Shown here: positions 49,004 through 59,612 of the stretch, piece by piece
Layout of the letters: each line of letters starts with the position of its first letter
Numbering within the stretch: the first letter of the stretch is position 1
Assembly (NCBI RefSeq): GCF_030028105.1
Contig: NC_092383.1
Coordinates: 90,663,921 to 90,727,920, forward strand
Source: Mobula birostris
Lineage: Eukaryota
Length of the DNA: 64,000 nt
Direction of reading: 5' to 3'
Made by a program: the position numbers and the translations under genes
Notes under the pieces: model-generated
Database searches by the model: none
Seen by the model: the letters and a program-made list of their open reading frames with translations, nothing else
What the model was told of the DNA's origin: nothing

Positions 49004-49614
49004 ATTGAATTGACTTTATTTCTTACATCCTTCACATACATGAGTAAAAATCTTTACGTTACGCCTCCATCTAAATGTGCAATGTGCAATCATAGTAATT
49101 TATAATAAATAGAACAGTCAATGTAACATAGAAATACACTCAAATCAGTGTGAGTTCATCAGTCTGATGGCCTGGTGGAAGAAGCTGTCCGGGAGCCTGT
49201 TGGTTCTGGCTTTTATGCTGCAGTACTGTTTCTCGGATGGTAGCAGCTGGAATAGATTGTGGTTGGGATGACTTGGATCCCCAGTGATCCTTCGGGCCCT
49301 TTTTACACACCTGTCCTTGTAAATGTCCTGAATCATGGGAAGTTCACAACTACAGATGCGCTGGGCTGTCTGCACCACTCTCTGCAGAGTTCTGCGATTG
49401 GGGGAAGTACAGTTACCACACCAGGCAGTGATGCAGCCAGTCAGATGCTCTCAATTGTGCCCCTTATAGAAAGTTCTTAGGATTTGGGGGCCCATTCCAA
49501 ACTTCCTCAATCATCTGAGGTGAAAGAGGTGCTGTTGTGCCTTTTTCACCACGCAGATCACATGAAGTCCTTGGAGATGTGGATGCCGAGGAACCTAAAG
49601 CTGTTTACCCTCTC
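49004..49614 (-). mobile_element. Rex1/Babar 3' fragment
   Basis: ORF 49145-49378 (RCVKRARRITGDPSHPNHNLFQLLPS...FFHQAIRLMNSH). Near-copy of 45341-45906. Confidence 0.85.
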
Positions 49615-49994
49615 ATAGGGGGAGAGTGCAGAAGATTGTGGCTGAACGGGAAAATGGATCAGCCATGATGAAATGGTGGAGCAGACTCAATGGGCCAAAT
49701 GGCCTAATTCTGCTCTTATAATCTTATGGTCCTATAAATATGTTGTTATAAACTACCTGCTCCTGGGCCAAAGCCCTCCATACCCCTCTTGTTCATCTAT
49801 AACTGCAGAAGGAAGGAATCCTCCAGCAGCTTGTTTCAGATTCACGCTGGAGATCACAAGCTGATCCTGATAAAGGTGGGACATGTTAAACTGAGGGCAG
49901 AGCATGTGAAGGGTGTTGGGACAACAGGTTAGAACTCAGATCCATGGGGTAAGGTTGCTCACACTGTATTTGTTTTTTTTTAATCTTTTCACAG

Positions 49995-50160
49995 GCTCAG
50001 GTTCGAAGGGTAAAGATTCGGACTCCGAATCGGACGATGAGTGGCCGACGCTGGAGAGTGCGGCTGCGATTGCGGAGGAGGGCTACGGCGAGGAAGTAGT
50101 CGTGAACCCGGAGGATGAAAAGGCGATAGATACGTTCATGAACAAGAACCCTCCGCTGAG
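49995..50160 (+). CDS. bysl: bystin coding exon 2
   Basis: ttttcaCAG acceptor; (G)[20 protein letters not shown]...[21 protein letters not shown](R); AG|GTAACG donor. 166 nt. An in-frame alternative acceptor exists at 50001. Confidence 0.93.
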
Positions 50161-50983
50161 GTAACGTCAGGTAGTTCCTGAGGAGGATTGATGCAAACAG
50201 GCTTTCAGAAAACCTTTACTTCTGCTTTGCCGACGTCCGTAAAGAGGGATTTGACAGCTCCCTGTGTAAAACGTTGATGGGTGTAGAGTGGGGATCTGAA
50301 AGGCAATGATTTTCCAATCACAGGGTGGTGGGCATATTTTAAAGAGAAATTAGCTTTCTTGTCAGGAGTGCATCAAAATATACGCCGAAGCGTATCGTTT
50401 GTGTCAGCGACCAGCACAGTCCAAGCTTGTGCTGGGGACAGCCTGCAAATGCTGCCACACTTCCAGCGCGAAAGTAGCATGCCCATGTTAACCTTGTGTA
50501 CGTCTATTTGGAATGTGGGAGGAAACTGCAGCGCTCGGGGGCGGGGGGGAACACGAGTGATCACGGGGAGAATGTACAAAGCTCCTCACAACAGCGTAGG
50601 CAGATGGCTGAAAGGAAAATGGGGAGGGGGTGTTGTTACGGGCTGTGTCTGAGGATAGGGTTAGCTTGATCATGATGTAGGTTTATACAGGTCAGCACAA
50701 AATTGTGGGCCAAAGGGCCTGTACTGGTCTACGTTCACAGCAACACAGTGCACAACGTGCCGGCCACAAAGTTGTTTAACTTGTTTAAAGGATTTGGTGG
50801 TGTTGAAGTAGTCGGTGTGTATTGCCTTCGGGTTGAGGGCTCTGGCTAGCTCGTCCCCGTTGACGAGCATGGAGTTGTATACCGGGCCAGACCCGGGTAA
50901 AGACAGCGCACTCTCGTCTAGCGGGGCAGATGAAGGTCTGCTTTTGCTCGTTGCTCATGTAGCTCTCTTGGTTTGCACCGAAG

Positions 50984-51122
50984 GCGCACTCTGGCTGACA
51001 TTATCATGGAGAAGATCACGGAGAAGCAGACGGAAGTGGAGACGGTCGTGTCGGAAATCTCTGGCCGACCGATGCCGCAGCTGGACCCCAGGGTGCTGGA
51101 GGTGTACAAGGGTGTCCGTGAG
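50984..51122 (+). CDS. bysl: bystin coding exon 3
   Basis: ccgAAG acceptor; [46 protein letters not shown]; GAG|GTAAGG donor. 139 nt. Confidence 0.95.
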
Positions 51123-51743
51123 GTAAGGATTAGCTTCATTTGTCACGTTTATGATGGGTTGCTCGTGTCGATGGCCGGTCCAGTCCGAGGATGTGCTGGA
51201 GGCAGCTCGCAAATGTCTACGACTTGCTACAGGTAACCTTAACCCTTGCGTTGTTGGGATGTGGGAGGTTACCGGAGCCCCCAGAGGAAACCCATGCGAT
51301 CGTGGGGAGACCATATCAACTCCTTACAGACAGCAGCAGGAATTGAACCCAAATCTCGCAGCTGGCTCTGTAGTAGCATTACCTTAACTGCTACACAACC
51401 GTCCTGCCCCTGTCATGACGCATTTGGAAGAGGAAGGCATTTTCTTTGGGTGACTTGCGGAGCTGCTAATTTCTGCAATTTTCGTTAAAAGTGCTGCTCC
51501 TGTAAGATACCTCGGAACCTCCGCTCCTCCAGGATGGCGCCGGTGAACCACGGCGACGTTCAGCAGGCTATGTACAAAACTTCTTAACAAACGATTGTGA
51601 TAATCTCAACAGTGAGTTACGTTCACTGACCATAAAGGAAAATTGGGTTTGTTTATTATGACATATGCCTCAGAACACATAAAAATTCAAAGGTGATAGC
51701 TGTACTCAGACCTGGTAAAGCTTTACATTTTGCTTTCCGAAAG

Positions 51744-51877
51744 GTACTGTGCAAGTATCGGAGTGGGAAACTTCCAAAAGCCTTCAAGATTGTGCCAGCG
51801 TTGTCAAACTGGGAGCAGATTCTGTACATCACGGAGCCAGAGAGCTGGACGGCGGCTGCCATGTACCAGGCCACCAG
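51744..51877 (+). CDS. bysl: bystin coding exon 4
   Basis: cgaAAG acceptor; [44 protein letters not shown](R); AG|GTGAGA donor. 134 nt. Confidence 0.96.
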
Positions 51878-52178
51878 GTGAGAGGTCGGCATTCCTGTAA
51901 TGTTGGAGGGCCAGAGTGTTTCTGCTCTTCCTGGCAGGTATACTGGGCATCTGTGCTGCTGCTGGATTAAACGATACAAGGGGCCATTTGGCCCATTATT
52001 CCCATGCTGTTTTCCTAGCGCCCCTCCCTCCCAGTGAATCAAAGTCAGGTTTATTATCACTGACCTATGTCGTGAAATTTGTTGTTTCGTGGTGGCAGTA
52101 CAGTGCCGTCTCATTGCTGCAAACAGTAACTTTGCTGTGTACTCTTCCTAACCCACTTCTCTCCCTCACAACTTGCAG

Positions 52179-52339
52179 GATCTTTGCTGCCAACCTGAAG
52201 GCCAAGATGGCCCAGAGGTTCTACAACCTGGTGCTTTTGCCTCGTGTGAGAGACGACATTGTCGAGTACAAACGCCTTAACTTCCACCTTTACATGTCCT
52301 TGAAGAAAGCGCTGTTCAAACCTGGAGCCTGGTTTAAGG
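52179..52339 (+). CDS. bysl: bystin coding exon 5
   Basis: ttgCAG acceptor; [53 protein letters not shown](G); G|GTAAGC donor. 161 nt. Confidence 0.96.
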
Positions 52340-52791
52340 GTAAGCTTCCTCTGTGCTGAGGGCAGGTGACTGATTTCCTGTCCTTTAGTTGTAGATTTAG
52401 ATTCAGGTTTATTTATCACATGTACAGTCAGTGAAATGTGACGGTTGCGTTGACAGCCAACGCACCTGAGGATGTGCGGGGGGGGGCTGCCCGCAGCTGT
52501 CTTTACCCATTCTGGCGCCAACGTGGCAAGTCCACAAAGTTTGGCAGAACACAGTGGCAAAGCAACATTGTTTAGAGATACAGAATGATAACAAGCGCTT
52601 CCGGCCCAACAAGCCAATTACCCCCATGTGACCAAGTAGCCTGTATGTCTTTGGAATGTGGGAGGAAACCAGAGCACCTGGAGGAAATGTACAAACTCCT
52701 TACGGACAGCAGCAGGAACTGAGCCCTGGTTGCTGGTGTTGTAATGTAGTTACACTAACCACCACGCTACCGTGACGTTCCAGAACGCCAG

Positions 52792-52864
52792 CGCCCATCG
52801 TGGAGATCAAACCCACGACCCTGGCATTAAGGCTCCTGTGCTTTACTGACTGAGTTGGCCAGCC
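52792..52864 (-). pseudogene. tRNA-Lys(CTT)-derived pseudogene
   Basis: 73-nt minus-strand sequence GGCTGGCCAACTCAGTCAGTAAAGCACAGGAGCCTTAATGCCAGGGTCGTGGGTTTGATCTCCACGATGGGCG is colinear with vertebrate tRNA-Lys-CTT as I recall it (about 17 mismatches). CTT at 52831-52829. Stems and B box are broken. Confidence 0.75.
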
Positions 52865-53116
52865 TTTGGTAATCAAAAAAAAAAAGAGCTCTGAAACCTT
52901 TTCCCGAGTTATCCCACACCATCATAGAAATTCTCAGCGTGTAATGAGGCCCTTTGGGGATTAGTGTGGAAACAGGTCATTCGGCTCAACCTTTCCATGC
53001 TAACCAAGATTCCTATCTAAATTTATCTCATTTGCCGGTGTTTGGACCACATCCACCTAACTGAGGGGTTCCCACCCTGGCCACGGGCCACTTGCTTAAT
53101 GGTACAGGTCTATGGT

Positions 53117-53220
53117 GTTGGCGCGTGGCCAAGTGGTTAAGGTGTCGGTCTAGTGATCTGAAGGTCGTTAGTTCGAGCCTCAGCTGTTGTGTCCTTGAGC
53201 AAGGCACTTAACCACACATT
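53117..53220 (+). mobile_element. tRNA-headed CORE-SINE fragment nested in a hAT MITE
   Basis: A-box-like GTGGCCAAGTGG and B-box-like GTTCGAGCC, then TGTGTCCTTGAGCAAGGCACTTAACC, resembling the MIR/AFC CORE domain. Confidence 0.6.
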
Positions 53221-53696
53221 GGGAACCTCTTCTCTAATCCTTTCCTATCCATATACCTGTCCAAATACCTTCTGAATGTTGTTAGTGTCCTTGCCTCAAC
53301 CATTTCCTCTGGATCATGTACTGACCGAACTGCCCTCGGGGTGGTAAAAGTAGCCTCTCAGGTGTCTATTCAGTCTGTACCCTCTTGCCTTCAACCTGCG
53401 CCCTTGTTGGATCCTGATGCTTTTGCAATCTTAAGTTTCTTTGGAAGTTAATAATGAGGCATCAGACTTCTTGCTTACGATTGTTTTATTAAGTGTTACA
53501 AGAACAAAGAAAACGAGGGGAGATGGTTGGTGAGAGAGAATGGGAAAGCGTGGGGGGGGCGGGGGGAAGCAGAGAAAGAGAGCCTAAGGGAAAAGAGATA
53601 AGAGAACAAAGGTGGTCTGATCTTACACCAGACCACTGTAACCACTGGAAAACGCTTTGAACAATTACTGGTGATGACAAAAATAAAATCAATTGC

Positions 53697-54052
53697 CATC
53701 ATCATTATGTGTTGTGTCATATGATGTGGGTGATCGTGGTCTCATGACCTTGGCGGATTCTTCTACAGAAGCCATTGCCTTCTTCTGGGCAGTGTCTTTA
53801 CAAGATGGGTGACCCCAGCCATTTTCAATACTCTTTAGAGATTGTCTGCCTGGCGTCAGTGGTCACATAACCAGGACTTGTGATCCACCAGCTGCTCATA
53901 CGACCATTCACCACCTGCTCCCATGGCTTCACGTGACCCTGATCGGGGTCTAAGCAGGTGCTACACCTTGCCCAAGGGTGACCTGCAGGCCAGCAGAGGG
54001 AAGAAGCGCCTGACACCTCCTTTAGTAGAGGCTTATCTTCACCCTGTCACCC
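53697..54052 (-). mobile_element. RTE/BovB-related SINE-like element
   Basis: Minus strand begins GGGTGAC..., contains CCCAGAAGAAGGCAATGGC (like the Bov-A/BovB GGAGAAGGAAATGGCAACCCAC segment) and ends ACATAATGATGATG. Confidence 0.55.
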
Positions 54053-56056
54053 AAAAAGACGATGTTAAAACTACAAGAAAAATATTAATTATACAGCCCA
54101 ATCCAACACTCCCTACTCTAATCATCTGATTGTTCAGTGAGTTTTCTCCAGGTGCTCCGGTTTCCTCCTACAATGCGAAGATGTAGGTTAATTGGTCATT
54201 GTAAATTGTCCCGTGAGTTGGCTGGGTTAAATCGGGGGTTGCTGGTTGGCAGGGCTCAAAGGGCCTTCTACGTCCTGTATCTCAATAAATAAAAGAATTT
54301 CCAAAAAACACGGGGGAAAAAAACATGACACAGTAACCCTACCGAATGGGGAATCATTTGGAGGAGACACACGGGGAGAACGTACAAACTCCTTACAGGC
54401 AGTGGCAGGATTTAAACCCGGGTCGCCTGTACTGTGAAGTGTTGTACTGACCACTATGCTACCGTGCTGTCTCAGTTAGGATCTCATTTGGCCCTGTGAG
54501 CTTGGCCATTCCTTGCAAGCACAGCAATCCATTTCAATATCGTTCATATATTAATATCTGTGTCGATACGAACCCCAAAATGGGCATCTCAGTAGTGTAG
54601 TGGTCAGCACCAGCGATCGGGGTTCAATTCCCACTGCTGTCGGAAGTTTGTACATGCTCCCCATTACCGCGTGGGTTTCCACTGCGTGCTTCGGTTTCCT
54701 CCCACCTTCCAAAGATGCCCGATTAGGGTTAATGAGCTATGTTGGCACTGGAAGTGTAGCGACACTTGCAGACTGCCGCCAGCACATCTTTGAAATGGAT
54801 GGTCAGAGACACAAGCGATGCATTTTACTGTGTATTTTAATATTATGTGCAACCTAAAGCTAATCTTTATCTTTAAATATTCCCACACTCTCCCCAGAGC
54901 CCCTAGTTGCTTGTGTGCCCAGAAATCGCTCTTCTTCAATGGTGGATTTACAAGCTAATGTTCAAAATACACATGTATCGCCATATACAACCCTGAGATT
55001 AATTTTCTTGAGAACATAATCCATAATATAGTAATAACCATAATAGAATCAATGAAAGATCATACTAACTTGGGTGTTTTACTACTGTGCAAGATGCAAA
55101 CTGCAAATACAAAAAGAAAGAAATAATAGATAATAAATATTGAGAACATGAGATGAAGAGTCATTGAAAGTGAGTGCATTGGTTGTGGAATCAGTCGGTG
55201 ATGGGGCAAGTAAAGTTATCCCCTCAGGTCAAGAGCCTGATGGTTGAGGGGTAATAACTGTTCCTGAACCTGGTGATGCAAGTCCTGAGGCTCCTGTACC
55301 ACCTTCCTAATGGTAGCAGCGAGAAGAAAGTGCATCCTGCATGGCGGGGGTCCGTGATGATGGATGCTGCTTTCCTGCAACAGAGTTTCATGTAGATGTG
55401 CTCAATGGTGGGGGGGTGGGGGGTACTTTACCATGATGGACCACTACTTTTTGTAAGCTAAGTCACCGGACTGTGTTAAATGGATCCGAACGCTGCTTCG
55501 CGGCAGTACGCTAAATAAAAATGTAATATTGAGAATGTTCTTCCCCACGTGTATTGAGAGGCTTCTTTGTAAATGCTTTATTCTGCACTGATTCAGATTT
55601 AATTATTACATGTATATCAAAAATATACAGTGAAATGTGTAATTTGTATTAATAACCAACACACACCAAAGATGTGTTGCTGGGGGCAGCCTGCAAATGT
55701 CGCCATGCGTTCTGACGCCAATATCGCTTGCCCACCACAGTCAACAGTCCTTCCTCCCCTTGTACAGCTTCGATACACTAATGATCTGTGTGGATGGCAT
55801 GTAAAACAAAGTTTTTCACAGTACCAACAATGAACTTGGAACTGGATTTCGGTTGTGTATGGTGACATATGGTTACTTTGGTAATAAGTTTACTTTGAAC
55901 TTCCATAAAATGATTTTAGGAAGCTGAGTTGCACTCCCTGTGTCCGTTGTGGGTGGGTCAATGGTTAATTCTGTCCTGTAATTTCTGAATTTAATTGTGC
56001 AAGTAACAACGGCATTCAATTCCAACAAATATTAATTTTCCCTTCTCTCTCCAAAG

Positions 56057-56159
56057 GTATTCTACTTCCTCTGTGTGAATCTGGTACATGCACATTAAGA
56101 GAAGCTATCATTATTGGCAGTATTCTGACCAAGTGCTCTATCCCAGTCCTTCATACCAG
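56057..56159 (+). CDS. bysl: bystin coding exon 6
   Basis: ctccaAAG acceptor; (G)[33 protein letters not shown](S); AG|GTAACG donor. 103 nt. Not shown in the supplied ORF track. Confidence 0.95.
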
Positions 56160-56905
56160 GTAACGGCTGTTTGTTCTGGGGTACAGGGCTGGCAGTGGAA
56201 CGGGAGCATGTCTCCAGGGCAGGAGTTCCCAAACCAGGGTCCATAGACCCCTTGCTTAATTGCATTGGTCCATGGCATAACAAAAATGTTGGGAACCCCT
56301 GCTGTAGGGTGGGAGAACCTTGGTGTTGTTTGCCTACCCTAAGGCCCGTTAGCTGATGTCTCCCACTGCTGCATTCTGTTGTACTTGTGTCGTGGCACCC
56401 TGTTCGAAAAGGAGCTCGCTGCTGCCACCTTGAGGAGAATGAGAAATAAGCCAGAATTAACTCTATGTGTGTACTTTTGTTCTACCCTTTAAATGCCTTC
56501 TTTGTCATCATCTTGGTTTCAGAAATAGCTGTTTTATATTTAGGGCGCTATACAAATCTGAGTAGTTACTCTGACAGTGAGTGTAGAACGTGGAATTGGA
56601 ACAGGCCATTCAGCCCACAATGTTGCAGTGATCTTGATTCCTGTTTATATTAAATGTCCTTCGGTGTATCATCAGTATCCGTCCATTCTGTTCATATTCA
56701 TGTGTCTCAGCCTCCAGACTCTGCCTGCTTTCTCTGCTATCTCTGGTAACTCAATCCAGGCATGTACTGCTCTGTCTGGTTTTAAAAAAAAATCCCTGTC
56801 ACTTCAGCTTTAAACCACCCCCCACCACCCTTATAACCTTAAAAGCATGTCCTCCGATGTTTGACATTTCCATCCTTTGGAAAAGATTCTGACCATTTAC
56901 CCGAT

Positions 56906-57631
56906 ACAGTGGATCCAGTTAATTTTGGCCCAATTAGGCAGCTTCCTGTTAGCTATAGTTAAAAGGGTATAGAAAAAATGGGTAACAAATTATGTATTTA
57001 ATTGAACTACAGAACAAGTTGGAACACTACCAATAGTACTACAGTACTATAACACTGTACTAGTTCCTAACAGTTATTGACGGAGGAATTCACCCAGTGT
57101 ACACAATGAACAAAATCAGTGTGGACACCTAGTGCAGGTAATGGACTGCCCTCCTACAATGTTAGCAACAGTTGCATTCTCCAAATCTTCATTTTCATTG
57201 TCTCATTCAAGATGATTGTTGATGCCTTCAACTTCTTTGTAGTTCCTAACTTATTGAAATAGTGAAATGGTTTAATTTTCATGCTCTGCCATTTCTGGCA
57301 TCTCCAAGCCTGGATGCTTGAAAGCGTAGGGAGGAAAACAGTTCGGAATTGTCTTACTGCTTATTTCTCGCCAACTTTCAGTGACAAAAATCACTGCTTT
57401 TTGAACAGAAGCATGTGCGACTGATGCTATTTAAAAACTGCACAAAGCACAGTATAGGTCTAACGGCAACTCAAATGCATGTCATTGACGTTAGTTGGAA
57501 CCTATTCGGTAACAATCTGTCCCAGTTAAGCGTCATAGTGTCCCAACTAAACAGAGAGAATCCTGGCAATTTTCTCAATTAGTGTTTGTTCTTTAAGATT
57601 AACTGATGGCCCTATTAACTGGTATCCATTG
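56906..57631 (-). mobile_element. Tigger/pogo-family element (copy 3, reverse orientation)
   Basis: TA|CAGTGGATCCAGTTAATT left end and CTATTAACTGGTATCCATTG right end. The interior is the reverse complement of copy 1 (9362-10174). A further fragment is at about 59775-59915. Confidence 0.75.
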
Positions 57632-58699
57632 CATATGCTTCTCATAATCTTAAAAATCTAAATCGGGTCTTCCACTCAGCCTCTTACCCTCAAGGAAAAA
57701 CAGATCAAGTTTGTCCAGCCTGGCCTTTGAGCTCATACTCTGCAAGGTTACAGGAATGGCAAATGTGAAAAGGACTGATAGGTGGCGCTAACAGCACTTG
57801 GATAGGTACAAGGAGGGGCAGGGCTTATTGGGATATGGGTTGAACAGGGGAAATTGGGACTAATTGGGTTGGCACCATGGTCAGCATGGGCTTGTGGGGC
57901 TGAAGGGCCTGCTTTGCTCCATGATTTTGATTGAATCCATGCCAGGGGCCAGATCATCTCTGGCTGGGAACGTTATAATGTTCAGTTCCAAAAGGGCTCA
58001 TTGCTGCCACCTCAAGGTGAATGAGGATTGAGCAAGATTGCCACCGAGGACAACACACAAAATGCTGGAAGATCTCTGCGAGTTGGGTGGTGTCGGGGGC
58101 GGGGGGGAGGGAATAAACTGTTGACATTTCAGGCCAAGGCCCTTCATCATGATGCAACAAGATTCCTCCAACATTTTGTGTGTGTGTGTTGCTCAAGATT
58201 TCCAGCATCTGTAGCATCTTTTGTGTCTCCAGTTGCCGCTGTGAGCAAAGTCCAGGGATATGGGCGAAAACCACGAGTGAGGCATTAGATTGATCTTGGG
58301 GTGGATTAAAGAAGATCATGGGTAGAAGGATCTGTAATGTACTGTTCTGCGTTTGTTCTTACGTTTACGCTTGGGTCTTTAGAAATCAAGAGAAACAACT
58401 AAATAAAGCTAAAAAGGCAATAATATATGCATTATACTAAAAATGTATGATGCATAATGTGCATATGCATAACACTAAAAATACAATGTTTAGTCTGATG
58501 GACAATCGTATTAATTTCAGTAATTGATATGATCTCATCAGAGTCACTTTATTAGCAGTATATGAACTATACCAGAATTGATTGTGGTTCAGCGCCAAGC
58601 ATAAAACAAGACAATTCCGTAACAGACAACAGAACAGCAGCCAATAATTCACAAGGCAATAGGGCAAGCAGCTATGAGCAATCAACAATTAGCAGAACA

Positions 58700-59200
58700 G
58701 TCAGATTCTCAAATGTCAATAATCAAACTTAAATATATGTGAACATATGAACAGACTCAATAATTATCAACGAAACAAGGAGAGCAGGAAAGGCCATGTA
58801 ATGGATGTTGTGCAGGGACAGTGAGGGGATTACACCTGAGTGAGTTTTGGTGAGAAGCTGTATCGTTACAGGAAAGAAGCTTTGGAGATGATTTGTAGTC
58901 CTGGTGGTGATGGACCAGTAGTGGCTCCCTGATGGTAATTTGGTGAATAGGTGACTGCTCGGGAGGGTGGAGTCAGCAGTAATCTTTCCAGCTCTTTTCT
59001 TCACTGTGGCAATGAACGGGTCTTTTAATGTTGGTAGCTGACAGCCAATGATCTTCTCCACTAAGTGAACTACTTACTGCAACCTGGACATGGAGAGAGA
59101 GGAGGTGGCAGGAAACTAGACAGTGATAGAGGTGGTCTTAATGCTCTCAGTGATCCGGGCATATACATTTTCTGATCCGTTGTTCAGATGTTTATTGACC
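58700..59200 (-). mobile_element. Rex1/Babar-type 3' fragment abutting the bysl exon 7 acceptor
   Basis: ORF 58729-59061 (EKIIGCQLPTLKD...KKRAGKITADSTLPSSHLFTKLPSG...SFFPVTIQLL) and the upstream YARITESIKTTSITV segment. Confidence 0.7.
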
Positions 59201-59225
59201 TTCATCATCTTTCTTGCCCTGACAG

Positions 59226-59568
59226 TGCTGCGATGCTGAAGATTGCGGAGATGGAATACAATGGAGCGAACAGCATCTTCCTGCGATTGATGATTGACAA
59301 GAAGTACGCCCTTCCTTTCCGGGTGATTGACGCGCTGGTTTTCCACTTCCTGCGGTTCCAGACGGATAAGAGGACCCTGCCCGTGCTGTGGCACCAGTGT
59401 CTGCTCACCTTTGCCCAGCGCTACAAGGAGGACTTGTCCTCTGAGCAGAAGGACTCCTTAGTGGAGCTGCTGAGGATTCACCATCATCCAAGCATCTCTC
59501 CGGAGATCCGCCGTGAACTGGTCAACTCCAAGTCGAGGGACGTGGAAGTGGGAATGGCCTTGGACTGA
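59226..59568 (+). CDS. bysl: bystin coding exon 7 (last)
   Basis: tgaCAG acceptor; [41 protein letters not shown]...[17 protein letters not shown]...[23 protein letters not shown]. Total CDS is 1323 nt, giving 440 aa. Confidence 0.96.
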
Positions 59569-59606
59569 TTTGTTTTCACTTCCTGCTGGCTTTGTTTTCT
59601 TGGCTG

Positions 59607-59612
59607 AATAAA
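59607..59612 (+). terminator. candidate polyadenylation signal of bysl
   Basis: AATAAA 38 nt after the stop codon, followed by T-rich sequence. Confidence 0.55.

Noticed and set aside
53117-53190. Functional tRNA gene
   Set aside because: No closing acceptor stem, and it runs directly into a CORE-SINE domain. The same applies to the tRNA-like V-SINE heads.
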